From Selaginella moellendorffii (taxonomy: Eukaryota > Plantae > Lycopodiophyta), in contig NW_003314263.1 of assembly GCF_000143415.4 (NCBI RefSeq), positions 2,358,041 through 2,422,040 of the forward strand: a DNA stretch of 64,000 nucleotides, given 5' to 3'. The notes under the pieces are model-generated. The model saw nothing but the letters and a program-made list of their open reading frames with translations, was not told where the DNA came from and did no database searches. Position numbers and translations under genes: made by a program. Positions 46,230 to 58,795 of this stretch are shown here, one piece after another (positions within the stretch are counted from its first letter, which is position 1; each line of letters opens with the position of its first letter).

Positions 46230-47460
46230 ATGGCAGCAGCGGCGGCAGGGATGAACGATTTCCAGCTCAGCGAGATCCGGGTCACGCCAGCGCCCTCCAT
46301 CGCTCTCCCCGGGAATGGCCACCAGATTCATCACCAGGCCTCGCCTCCCGCGGCCTCTAGGGGATGCTTTCCAGTCGCCATCGTGCCCAAATCCACGCTC
46401 TTCCAGAAGGTAATGGATCGATTTCCCCCCTCTTCTTCCTCTCTCTGTCCCCTGTTTATAGGGTTCTTGGGATGTGTAGATTGGCGCGGAAGTGATCAGC
46501 ACATTCATCCTCGTCTTCGCGGGATGTGGCGCCGCGATGGTGGACGCCAAGTACAAGGATTCGATCACCCACTTGGGCGTCTCGGCGGCGTTTGGGCTTG
46601 TGGTGATGATCATGGTCTACGCCGTCGGCCACATCTCTGGAGCTCACATGAATCCGGCCGTGACTCTGGCGTTTGCGACCGTGCGCCATTTCCCCTGGCA
46701 GCAAGTAAGCTAGATCTCTCGCCTAGATTCTCGTGTTTGAGTGGTCGATTGAGTTAGATTTGGATTGATCGTGAATTAGTCGATGGTTCTTCTTTGTGTT
46801 CTTTCCCGCGATCTTCGTCGCTAACTTTGGAAGTGTTTGATTGAAATCTCTCCTCTCTCCCAGGTTCCTGCCTACATCGGCGCACAGATCACTGCCGCGA
46901 TCACTGCCGCGTTTGCGCTGCGGCTGATCATCAGCCCCGTGGCTAACATCGGTGCCACAATTCCCGCTGGAAGCGATCTCCAGTCGTTCTATCTGGAAGC
47001 GATCATCACCTACATTCTCATGTTCGTCGTCTCCGCCGTCGCCACCGACGCTCGAGCGGTAAGCGCCGACACATCCTCTCTGTAGATGCCGCTCTAATGT
47101 CCGCGACGATCGTGTAGATTGGAGAATTGGCAGGCCTCGCAATCGGTGCTACAGTGGGCTTGAATGCCATCTTCGCCGGGTAAGCCACTCATTCCCCCTT
47201 TTGGATCGATCAAACTGGACAAAATCCTTCTCGAGCTTTACGACATTTTTCTCCCTCGTTCGCTCAGGCCAATATCGGGCGCGTCAATGAATCCAGCACG
47301 AAGCTTGGGCCCCGCGATCGCCGCGAACAACTACAGTGGATTGTGGGTTTACATTGTCGGCCCGACAGTCGGCGCGCTGGCGGGTGCGTGTTCTTACAAC
47401 ATGATCCGGCTGCCCGTGAAGCCGGACGAGCTCCCCAGGGCCGCTAGCTTCAAGAGATAG
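46230..47460 (+). CDS. NIP: NIP aquaporin (Nodulin26-like); exons 46230-46409, 46480-46704, 46864-47058, 47118-47179, 47268-47460
   Basis: [12 protein letters not shown] and [10 protein letters not shown]; AVATDARA; GT-AG introns at the conserved NIP positions. Confidence 0.95.
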
Positions 47461-48686
47461 AACAAGGCTGTAAAAAGAATAGCAGCTTTAGGTGACCACC
47501 TAAGTGATAACTCAAGTAAAAAAATAACTAGTTAGCCATCTCTCGCTTACTCACTAGTTTAACAATTGGAAATTCCATTCATTCATTTAGTAATTGTTTA
47601 CAGGGTCTTGTGGCGCCGACGAGACCGACGGATTATAATAAACTGTTTTAATAATCTTACTGCGAGGTTTTGTCCTCCCAATATTCTTGATTTACTTCAT
47701 GGTAGTGGAGGATTTCCATCGTAGCTCTAAATTATCAATTATCTTTTCTTGTTTAACATTTTAAGAAAATACCAGTGGAGCAAACGAACTGCTAAGGATA
47801 AAAATATTTGGTTGGAGTGTTAAGAAAAGATCTTAGGATTTTAAATTAAATTAATTTAACCCCATTGAAAAACTTATAGCTTAGTAAGAACATAATAGTC
47901 AAAGGCTTGGTCAGTTTCTTGGTCACGCTCAAAGAAACAACAGCATCTTTGCCAATCTAACATGATTAGATTTTGTATGCACTTGAGCAGCCAAAAACAG
48001 CTTGGAGTGGCAGACAGAATCCAGCTTCTTCTTCCATTTTGCAAAAACAGGCGTTGGAGTCTATGCTTCATGTTGCCTGTCCTATTGGCTCTATCGAAGC
48101 CACAGTTAGAATTGTTGGCCCCTCCCTCCAACTCTAAATCTCCTGATTCATGGTACGAGAGCAGGCCTGTATCAGATCCACCAAGCCCATTGCTCAAAGA
48201 GAAGCTTGTTTTGCATGCTGGGAGAGAAAGGTCTTTAAGAAGTCCCATTAGCAGGTAATTACTTTGTGCATTTAATTTTGAAACTATAAAACCACATTAT
48301 TGAACTGACAATTATTTTTATTCACGTTCTCACACTCAAAGAAATAGCCAAATAGATAAGTTACCGGTTTCTCGAGAGGACTTTTCCAGTAAATCGAAGT
48401 CAAAGAGTAGGCCAGAAAGGAGGTTGGATGTCATTAATTCTTCAAGAAACTCTGGACTAAAGTGCGTCACAGAGGTGACCACGCGGATAAAAATTTCAAC
48501 TGTGGCCCCCTACACACTCTCACATACTCACTCACACCGAGCTCCTTAAGTACGCACGAAAATGGTTTGGTTGCTCAAATCTCACTCATTCTTTCTCTGA
48601 ACAGGAAGAATGACCTTTGTAGCTTTCCAGGCTCCAAAGCTCCCGGGAGTGGCCAAAGTCTTGTAACTCTGCACGGGAAGAAAGAA

Positions 48687-50702
48687 ATGGTAAGTTCATC
48701 TAGACTGTCCGGCACAAGATCTAAGCAAAACAACCGCAGGAATTGGAGAGCAAAGCACAGGCTTACTTGTATGCGCAGAATGGAACTCTGGATTTCAAAG
48801 GCCGGCCTGCTCTCAAGAAGAAGACCGGACGATGGCCGGGAGCCATCCCAATGCTCGGTGAGGGTGCACTGTCTCGTTCTCTGCCAGTTCTAAAAGCTTT
48901 TCTTTCCTGTGCCGCAGTGATCCAAATGTCTGCCACTGTCATCTTCTTCGGCATAGTTTCCAACCTGGTGACTTACTTGACGACCGTTATGCATCAAGGT
49001 GTTGCCAGATCCGCCAGAGATCTCACTAATTGGCAAGGAACGCTCTTCGTCTCGTCAGTTCTCGGAGCTTTTCTCTCCGACACATATTGGGGGCGCTACA
49101 AGACGCTGTTGTACTCGTTTCTTCTCTACTGCGTGGTGAGTAGTAGACTAAGTAGTGAGCTTGCCGCAAACTTTCTTCTCTCTGCAAAACAAAAACCATC
49201 ATCACCATCATCACTTCACACACTTCGAAAGAAAAAAAACTAAACTTCCTGACAGGGACTGAGCTGCCTTACCATCTCCGCATCCGTCAGAAGCTTGAGG
49301 CCTCCAAGTTGTCCCGCTCGAAACTACACTTGCCAGCCAGCGTCCACTGCTCAGAATGCCTTGTTCTTCTTCTCCCTCTACGCCATAGCGTTTGCGGGCG
49401 GAAGCTCCACCGCCTCGTTCATGTCCTTTGGAGCCGACCAGTTCGATGAGTCCGACGACGTCGAGAGGCCGCAAAAGTACTCCTTCTTCAACTTCCTGCT
49501 CTGTGCCATTCACGTCGGAGGCCTGATATCAGTCACCGTCCTCGTCTACATCGAGGACAACGTAGGCTTCTCCTGGGGCTTCGGCATTCTCGTCATCGTT
49601 CTCTCCATCGCCTTGGTCGTCTTTCTCATCCAGATGCCGAGATACCGCTACCGTCGTCCCGACGGAAGCCCCCTCACAAAGATCGCACAAGTCCTGGTCT
49701 CCGCTTTCCGAAAGCGTCGCAACAGATTCGGAGCTCTTGAGCTCTACGAGGAAAAGTCCATCGCCAAAGGCAAAAGACACATCCCCCACACCGACGAGTT
49801 CCTGTGAGTAGTGCCTGTCATCTTCTTCCGTCCCTTTGCTCCTGTTCTAAAAGCCGCGGTGTTCGTCGTCCAGGTTCCTTGACAAGGCAGCACTCAAACT
49901 CGATGGTGACATGGATATGGAAGTGGAATCCACGACGAAAACCAGCCCCTGGAAGCTTTCCACCGTGACGCGAGTCGAGGAGGTAAAGCTCGTCATACGA
50001 ATGCTCCCAGTCTGGTTCGCAACGCTATGGTTTACCACTGCTCCAACCCAGTCCGCCACCTTCTTCCTCCGCCAAGGAATGGCTATGGACAACCGGCTTG
50101 GAAGCACCTCCTTCAAGATCCCGCCAGCGTCCATGCTTCTCTTCAGCAACATCACCGTCGTGCTCTTCCTCCCGTTCTACGACCGGATCCTCGTCCCGGC
50201 CATGAGAAAGATCTCCAAGAACGAGCGCGGCATCACCTTGCTCCAGCGAACCGGGCTGGGGATCTTCGTCACCGTGATCGCGCTCGTCACCGCGGCACTG
50301 GTGGAGATCAAGAGGAAGGACGAGAACTCCAGCTCCAGGAAGCTAGGAATCTTCTGGCTGCTGCCACAGTACGCGCTGCTGGGCATGGCGGAGGGCCTGG
50401 CCAACACGAGCATGCTGGAGTTCTTCCACGAGCAATCGCCCGATACCTTCCACAGCCTGGGGATCAGCCTGGGGCTCGCGAACCTGGGCGTGGGGAGCTT
50501 CATGAGCAGCGTGCTCATTACCTGCGTCGGCCGCGCGGCGCCGTCGTGGCTCCAGAACGATGTGAATGCCGGGCATCTGGATCGCTACTACTGGCTGATG
50601 GCGGGGCTGAGTGTCGCGAACCTGGCGATCTATGTGCCGCTGGCGCGATGGTACTCGTACAAGAGCCCGGATCCCTACGCCGAGACAACGCAAGAACCCT
50701 AA
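48687..50702 (+). CDS. NPF: NRT1/PTR (NPF) transporter; exons 48687-48689, 48740-48857, 48918-49135, 49256-49803, 49874-50702
   Basis: GAFLSDTYWGRYKT, FGADQFDE, GSPLT, FLDKAA, TVTRVEEVK and LEFFHEQSP motifs; clean splice sites. Confidence 0.93.
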
Positions 50703-51255
50703 ATGTGATAGAAGAAAATATTCTCTTTCAAATTCCAAAACATGTATTATTTATCGTTTCAAGAAGTCAAATCGAGTATCAAGCTACCTCAAGCTCTTGT
50801 GTGACTTTATTCCTAGAAACAAATACTTATCGGATTCCTGACGAGGTTGTAGCAATAGTCGTTCAAAAGTCCTTGTTGGAAAAGTCTTTTTTTGACTGGA
50901 ACTAATTAACTTTGACAATCTTGTGATTAAGCCAGAGACAATAGCAACTTCACTAAAGCAAGTGGGGTGGAGGTCGAGACTTAATCATTTCCTCTTGATA
51001 TGCCAATGGAATAGCTCGGCTCCCTTGATCCAGATGCTTGAGTCTGTGAATGCCACCATAAGCTCTAGGAGGAAAGTGTCTCGTCTCTCTTGGTTGGCTG
51101 GGAGGAACAAAACTGTCTTTTATATTTATATTACACGAAGTCCAGAAGCCATACCCAATGAGGTCCACTGCTTTGCCGCGAGTTTGCATATAAAGAAAAA
51201 CTATCCATTTAAAGTTATTTTCGGATATTTTAAGCCATCTGTGTAGCATTACCTC

Positions 51256-52532
51256 TCACAATGTCAAGTGGAGTGGAATCCCAGGTGTTGGCTCCACGAC
51301 TTGTGTTCTTGGTGCAACTTCTTTTAAAGATGTCTGAAACAAATGAAATTCATTTCTCTGTTTTAAAAGTATGCTGTTACCTTGAAGCTCTCTACAGTCC
51401 CCACTTCAACCAGCAGCTTTGCAAGGATTCCTTTGGCATCTAAATCGCCATTGTTCATAGGTACAACATATCTGGAGGATATCCAAAATCCAGAGACAGA
51501 TGAGAACCAGAATAAAAAATATCAGTTACCTTGGCTGTAAAGTCTTAGCAAGCTCCACTGCGTCCTCTTGGCCTGACACAAGTGTAAACAATGGAAGCTT
51601 TTGTTGGATCACAGGCGTAATCACCACATCAGCTGTTTTGCCTTGGAGCAATTTCCGATCAAAAACACAGTGAGGCTCAATGTAAATTCGGGCATTTGGA
51701 TCAGACGTCTCAACAAAGTAGCTGTAAAAATAAAATGAGAAATGAAAGAAGTATAGAAAAAATGTTTTAACCCGTTTTCTGGTCGTTGCCATGGAGGTCC
51801 AAGAACAGGTCCTGCGGAAGCTGTTACTTTTAAACTTGACTTGCTTGAGGCCCTGAAACTTGTCTCTTGGCCTGGTTCTATGTAAGTGACCTTGAAAAAC
51901 AAATCGTAGAAAAACTAAGAAAAGAAAGATGAGTTACTTGTTTGAAGATCTTGCTAAGAATTGGCTCAGCATTTGGAGTTGCAATGACTTGAAGTTGTGG
52001 ATAAATCTTTGAGAGAGGCTCTAGAGTTCTTTTGTGGCAATGATCATCCAAACTTTGGGTGATAAGTAGACAATCCACATCTCCAAGTTCGTCAAGCTAC
52101 AGATCTTGAATACATTACACGGTTTTTAAGAAGTTGAGCTCAGATACCTTGAGTTTGTGGAGGTTTTTCTTTGCACCATCATATAGAAAAGGAACTCCAA
52201 AGTCTAGATTTCCAACAAGGACTGGATCAACCAAAATAGAGACCCCCGACACTCTCCACAGCCAGCTATTTCCCTAAAATCATGGAAAAAAACACTTGCT
52301 TTCAATCCAAAGTTCTGAGCATTCAAAAGAAATACCTCCAGATAAGTTAATTCCAGCTCCAAGGTTCTAGTTGCTTGTGCCGTGCTCGTGCAGTGGACTC
52401 GATTTCTTGCTCTGAAAGAAAAAATCGATAAATTGGATTGAAGTGCAAGGATTTTAAGTACCTGGGTGTAGAACAATTGCAAAAGGTGCTGCCAATCTTT
52501 GCTGGTGTCGGCAATGTCGAGGCTAACTCCAT
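51256..52532 (-). CDS. Metallo-beta-lactamase-fold protein (Lactamase_B_3-like, probably plastid-targeted), multi-exon
   Basis: LTYLE^GNSWLW, ILVDPVLVGNLDFG, LLITQSLDDHCH, GPVLGPPWQRPENG, EPHCV and VVEPTPG exon fragments separated by GT-AG introns. Confidence 0.85.
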
Positions 52533-52981
52533 AGCCTTGCGATGAAGAAAATAGACACGTATACAAAAAAAAGTGCAGATGTTAGCAGAAAATCTAGCTT
52601 GGAGTTAAAGATGAAGTCTTACCAACAGTTTAACAATGTGAAGTAAGCTCCTTGTCGCATTCTATTTTTTAAAGCGACCTTTGGTACCTCCACATACCTT
52701 ATCCAACTTCACTTCACTGTGGTCTTCTTCTAGTTTGTTGACTTCCTTATTTCGTTTGAAAAGGAGCATTTCGCATGGTTCTAAGAAACCCATTCCTCCA
52801 AGGACAACGTCAGCTGCATGCCTCCCCATCACGCCAAGACGCTGTTCCATCGCGAAAATTTAATATCTTCACCACCTTTCAGCCGAGAGCCATCCACCGT
52901 TTTCCCTGTGTTGATCCCTTTCCCCTTCCAGTTGGCTGCTAAATTCCCATCCCCGGATATCTTTCTTTTCCGCCTTTCGCC

Positions 52982-54416
52982 ATGGAATCCCAGCTCCTCC
53001 CAGTGACCCTCCAGAGCTGCAGCTCGGCACTCCCCGCCGGGCCAACTCCGCGGGCCAAGATCTTCCTCCCAAACATCGATCTCACTGTTGTTTTCATGGT
53101 CGACTCCATCTACTTCTACTCGTCCGGTGCTGCCGACGCTCCCAAGGTCCTCTTCCGGGCCCTCCAGGAGGCCATGGTGGAGTTCTATCCGTTTGCTGGA
53201 AGGCTGGCCGTCAGCGAGGAAACTCAGCGCCTGGAGATCGACGCCAATTCAGCTGGCGTGCCGTTTGTCGAAGCTGTCTCCGATCTCAACATCGCCGACC
53301 TGGGCGATCTCACGCTTCCAAATGCGTTGTATCGCAACCTGGTGTTCACTGCGACGAACGTGAAGGTTCTCTCGGATTGGCCTCTCGCCACTGTCCAGGT
53401 TCGTGTTGAAGCTTTCCTGAAGCGTTTACATAAGCACCAGAGCGAGAAAAGTAAATAGAAACCAGTAAGAACCTGTTTTGTAGGTGACGAAGTTTCTCTG
53501 CGGTGGATTCTCGTTCGGCCTGTCGGTGAACCACGCGCTCGCGGACGGCATCAGCATCATCGACTTCATGCAGCACCTCACTTCCAAAGCTCGCGGCGTT
53601 GAAAACTTCCAGCTTCCAGAGCTTCAGTTCGATCGGACTATGCTCGCAGCTCGCCCGCAGCCAACCCCCAAGATCGACTTCGGCGACGTCTACTACAAGG
53701 CGAGTGAGATCCCCAGCACGAACTCCTTCTCCACGATGGAAGACATGGTCGTCAGCACCAATCTGGCCTCCGGTAACTACGTGGTTACGGACTTGGTTTC
53801 GAGAGCCATCAACATCCCGGCGAGCAAGGTCGAGTATCTGAAGAAGTTGGCCATGTCCGACGGAACCATCACCCGGTGCTCGACTTTCGACGTCGTCGCC
53901 ACCTACGTCTGGAAGCTGCGAACTGCTGCGATGGGGATGCCGCTGGAGCACCAGGCCACCATGTTCATGGCTGTCGACGTGAGCAAGAAAGTAACACCGC
54001 CAATCCCCCGAGGCTTCGTCGGCAACCGGGCCTTTCCAGTCGCCGTGAGGATGAAAACCGAGGAGCTGCTCAAAAAACCACTGTCCCACTGCCTGACAGT
54101 CGTCCGTGAGGCCTTACTTCGAGCAGACGATGAATTCGTACGCTCGTGGATCGACTGGAGCGAGATCCACCGAGGCATTCCCAGGTTCAACGGTGGCTTC
54201 TACATCTCGTCGTGGTGGAAGTTCCCGTTTTATGAGATGGACTTTGGATGGGGGAAGCCGATCTACATGGGCCCCGTGCTCACACAGCGAGTTGAGTTTG
54301 TGCTCATTCTACCCGTGTCACCGTCCAGGCCCGAAGGCGGGGTTGACGTGCTGCTCACCATCAATCCGCAACACATGGCCAGGTTCGAAACGCTCGTTAA
54401 CTTTCCCATCCTGTAA
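52982..54416 (+). CDS. BAHD acyltransferase (resembles aliphatic feruloyl-transferase type); intron 53399-53483
   Basis: FYPFAGRL, HXXXD (NHALADG), DFGWG; intron at the conserved VQ^VT position. Confidence 0.93.
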
Positions 54417-54576
54417 GTACTTTGTGAAATTTTACTTTGAAAGTTAATGAAATACCTCTAGAGTGTTCGTGTATGTAAAAGAATCAGATCTTTCAAAACT
54501 CGCTCCAGCAACAATGAGGAATTGTTTTTCAGTGACGACGGACTTCAACTAGGCAAAACTTACGCTGAGTGTTCCA

Positions 54577-56084
54577 TCAGACCGCATTCCTTAGGTTATA
54601 AGCGTCTGACGCCCCTGCGTACGGGTCAGGGCGACGCGGGCGCAGAGCCTGGGAGGGAGCGATTGGAGCTGGAGGTGGAGCTGCAGCAGGAGATGCCATT
54701 TTTAAGTACACAGCCAAAACAGATAAACTTACCATCGAGGAAACCAGCTGGAGCAAGGGTCTTAAAGCAATACAAGCGGTACTCGTACCCAAGAGCAGCC
54801 AGCTCGTTCTTGAGCCTTCTGGTCAAGAGGAAAAAAGCAGGACCAATGCCACGAGAGCGCGTCACCTAAACACACACACACACACACACACAAGCAAATT
54901 AGCCCGAGCACCAGAGATACTCATCACCAACCTGGGATTTCTTGCCAGCAATAACGAACGCTTCCACTGGCCCGATTTGCCGAACGGCTTCTCGATAGGC
55001 GTGGCGAGCCTCTTGCATTAGTTTGTCGTGGTCGCGCAGCAACTCATCTGAAGAGACATAGACGAAGAGATCCACGCGCCAAATCTTCCATGGCCAACTA
55101 TAGTTCGTGAGTACATAGTTAGCAGCCATCTGCAGGATAATCGCTGGGCGCTGTTCTCCCATGATGCCAACGAGTGAATGTGGGTGATCGTCGCAAGGAA
55201 ATACCAGGATTCTTTTACCAGTGATGATCAGCGGGCAAGGAAGTCCTGGTGTCGTACAAGAAGTTTCGAGAAAAAATCGTGAGCGGAAATATGCGTTACC
55301 TATCTTGATCAAAACATACTGGATCAACTGGAAAACCGGGCCGAAAATCCACTCCACAGCAGACACTAGAGCAGAAAAGCAAAGAAAGTCGAGCATGATC
55401 CGATAAAGAGAAGCACTAGCTTACCGATTTCAAAGGCTACATAGAAAACGATGATGAGGATCAAAGGCCACACCGAAACGCTCCGGGTGAAGGCAAAGAC
55501 TAGAAAAATTCACGATCGATGAGAGAGCGAGGAATCTGAGGATACATACCAAGACCGATTGCCCATCGCCATAGAACCCTGAGATTCAACTCACTTCCTG
55601 AGGTCGTCCTCGCGTAACATGCGATCGGGGAGAAGCACGCCATCGCCAGCGCCTGGATCGAGGTTGCCGCCATCGCGATGGTCGGCGCCCATGCGGAAAT
55701 CTTGGTGGAAGACGCCGCCGAATCGTAGAGAAAGGGCACGAGATTGTGGCACGCCGTCGCCGCTATGGCCGCGAGGGAGAGGATCTTGGAGACGCACGCC
55801 ATCGCCACCGCCTGGATCGACGCCATCGCGATGCTCGTCGACGGCGCCAATGCCGAAATATTGGTGAAGGACGCCGCCAAACCACAGAGAAAGGGCACGA
55901 GATTGTGGCACGCCGTCGCCGCCATGGCCCCGAGGGAGACGATCTTGGAGACGAACGCCATCGCCAACGCCTGGATCGACGCCCTCGTCGACGGCGCCAA
56001 TGCGGCGAATAGCAAGGGGACGAGATTGTAGCAGACCTTCACTGCCGCCATAGCCATTTTGCAGAGCTCGAAGAAGATCGCCAT
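54577..56084 (-). CDS. Uncharacterised multi-exon protein: hydrophobic N-terminal ~52-aa repeats, alpha/beta domain, Pro/Ala tail; paralog of 56371-57750
   Basis: Exon ORFs with GT-AG junctions; shares GLPCP.IITGK.ILV, DLF.YV.SD..L.DHD and GPA..LL.RRLK...LGY..LYCFK with the neighbour. Confidence 0.65.
54871..54892. repeat. (CA)11 microsatellite in an intron
   Basis: Directly visible. Confidence 0.95.
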
Positions 56085-56370
56085 CGCCAGATGAGCGCCG
56101 TGCCTGAGGAGGAAGGCGATCGCGACACCAAGGTAAGGGCAAAAAATGGCGGGCTATTTAAAATGCTCTTGTGTATTGGCAAATTAACACCGGTAAATCT
56201 TGACCATGTTCTTTACCTCGAGAGGAACCATTGTAAGAAATCGATCTTTTGCAGCTCGCACGAGGGAATGACAAATCGCGAAAAAAAATTCAGTGGCACG
56301 GAATTCACATAAGCGAAGTACGCAAAACTTACGCTGTTCGATTGTTCTCTAACCGGAGCTTTAGTCTATT

Positions 56371-57750
56371 TTACCAGCGATTCGCACGGTGAGGCGGAAT
56401 GTAGACCCCTGGAGCTGGACCTGCTGGAGCTGGAGCTGGAGGAGCTTGAGCATCTGGAGCTGGACCTGCTGGAGCTGGAGCTGGAAGAGCTTGAGCATCT
56501 GGAGCTTCTGGAGCTGGAGCTTGTGCTGCTGGAACTTCTGGAGCTGGAGCATGTGGAGCTGGAGCGTCCGGAGCCTCTGGAACTGGAGCTTGTGCTGCTG
56601 GAGCGTCTGGAGCTGGAGCGTCTGGAGCTAGAGCTGCTTAAGATGACAAATAACAAATGTAAGCTAAAGTAGCCACTCTCGACGCACGTACCATTGATGA
56701 AGCCCGGTGGAGAGCGGTCTTTGAAGCAATATAGTCGGTACCCGAGATTATCGAGCTGCCTCTTGAGTCTGCGAGGTAAGAGAAGGCAAGCAGGACCAAG
56801 ACCAAGACCAACATAGCGCCTCATCTGGAAAACCGCATGGAAGGCGATGAGTTCAAGTAACAAATCTATATGACTGACCTCTTTTTCCTTCCCGACGACA
56901 ACAAACGCGTCCACAGGCTTGAAATCCTTTGCAGCTAAGTAGGCCGCCCGAGTCTGTTGCGTAAGTGTGTCGTGGTCGTGCAGCACCACATCGGAGGCAA
57001 CGTAGAGGAAGAGATCGATGTGGGAGGGGGTCGAGTCTCTCGGAATGGGCCTGAGATGATATCGACCATCCAGTTTGATAATCATCGCTGGCAGCTGCTC
57101 GTTGAGAATGTAAATGAGATCGCGTTGAGCTCCTTCGGCCATGTACACCAGGATGGTCTTCCCAGTGATGATAAACGGACAAGGAAGTCCTAAGGTTGAA
57201 GAGAACATGGAACGTCGAATTGGAAAGAAAGCTTAGATTTACCTGTCTTGATCGAGACATGCTGGATTATCCTAAAGAGCGGGTCGATCATCCAATTCAC
57301 GCCAGGAACTAAACACAAAAAAGAAAGAGCCTGATCATTCTGGCAAGAAAGAAAGCTGGTATTACCGGCATGGAGGAGGAAGACCATGGATGGGCTGGAG
57401 AAAGCCGCTGGAAAGAATGTGCACGATCGATCAAAGGACGAAATATTTCGGCATCAAGGAAGAATTCGAGAATACGTACCAAGAACTGCCGTAGAAACCC
57501 TCTCCATGAGAATCAAGAGCACGGCGGAGATGAAATATACAATCCTCCAGATCAAGAATTCCCGGAAGGAAACCTTGGAAATCTTCGTGTAGAGGGAGAT
57601 CGCCACGGGACAGAGAACGCCGAGTACGGGCAGGCCACACGCCATCGCCGCCAAGTCGCCGACCTGGAAGAGCGCCACGATCGTAGAGCTGATGCTGAAG
57701 AGCGCGATCCCTAATGCCGCCAACGCGCCGAGCTTGGAGAAGAGCGCCAT
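56371..57750 (-). CDS. Uncharacterised multi-exon membrane-anchored protein with expanded APAPDA-type tail; paralog of 54577-56084
   Basis: Hydrophobic N-terminal exon, shared central domain, final exon of GCTCCA-type repeats (56410-56635) ending GVYIPPHRANRW*. Confidence 0.65.
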
Positions 57751-57877
57751 CGCTGCGCTATTCGTTCCCACAAAGTGTTAAGGGTAAAACGCAATGGCGG
57801 GCTGTTCAAAATATAGAGAAGAATCTTCGCAGTATATACTACGTAGGGTTTAATCATTCACTATGAAAGCTTAGGGC

Positions 57878-58795
57878 ATGGCGATGAGCTTGTGTAGCGA
57901 TGGCGGAGGCGGCGCTTGGCTCGGGATTTCTTCCTCGTTTTACTGCGCGCGCTCGTCTGCAAGATTTCGATTCGTCGGCATTCGTAGGAGGAAAATGCGA
58001 GGGCTTTGCGTGAAGAGTGAAATTGATTCCAGCGTCGCGCGGCCGAGCCGGATCTATGTGGGAAATCTCTCGTGGAACTGCGATAGCGAGGAGCTTGCCA
58101 AGGTGCTGCAACAAGCTGGGATTCTAGCACACGTCGAGGAAGTGGAGGTATGTCTCTTTGATTTTTCCAGAACCAATGCAGCATGAAATAGAGACTAACT
58201 TAGATTTTGTAGGTAGTGTGCGATCGGGAAACTGGAAGAAGTCGTGGATTTGGATACGTGACATTGACGTCCATCGATTTTGCTCAAGTTGCGGTCCAAA
58301 AGCTCGATGGTCACGTAAGTCACTTATTTTATTTTTTTTCTCGAGGCTTGAAAACACTCTTCTCTTCTGTTTTTGCACAGATTGTTCAAGGTAGAGCACT
58401 TAAAGCTAGTTATTCTCAGCCTTACAAAAAGGCTGGAAAAGAGGGACCCGTGGAGGTAGCAGCAAGCCACACGAAAGTTTTCATTGGGAATTTGCCTTGG
58501 GGAGTCGACGATGGAAGCCTTGAAGAGTTTTTTCGAGCTCACGGGAAAGTGGTGGAGGTGAAGATAGTGTATGACCGAGACACTGGCAGATCTCGCGGCT
58601 TTGGGTTTGTAACCTTGTCCTCGCCAAAGGAAGCCGACGAAGCTGTTAAATCTTTGGACGGAGCGGTACGTTGGTTTTCATTCTTTTCTTAAGGTTTTTG
58701 GTAAAGTCTTTCTCTCTTTGCTCTTTTTGCAGGACTGCGATGGAAGGCGCTTGCGTGTTAAGCTAGCAGACACTTCACCAGTGCCGCCACAGTGA
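57878..58795 (+). CDS. Chloroplast-type two-RRM RNA-binding protein (cpRNP-like); exons 57878-58147, 58213-58314, 58381-58665, 58733-58795
   Basis: RIYVGNLSW, DRETGRSRGFGYVT, KVFIGNLPW, DRDTGRSRGFGFVT; Ser/Arg-rich transit-peptide-like N-terminus. Confidence 0.9.

Noticed and set aside
47874-48258. Overlapping 98-124 aa ORFs between NIP and NPF
   Set aside because: No recognisable domain or splice structure.
56361-56635. Poly-Ser, QL-repeat and WS-repeat ORFs
   Set aside because: Alternative frames of the Pro/Ala-coding last exon; splice phase and the paralog favour the APAP frame.
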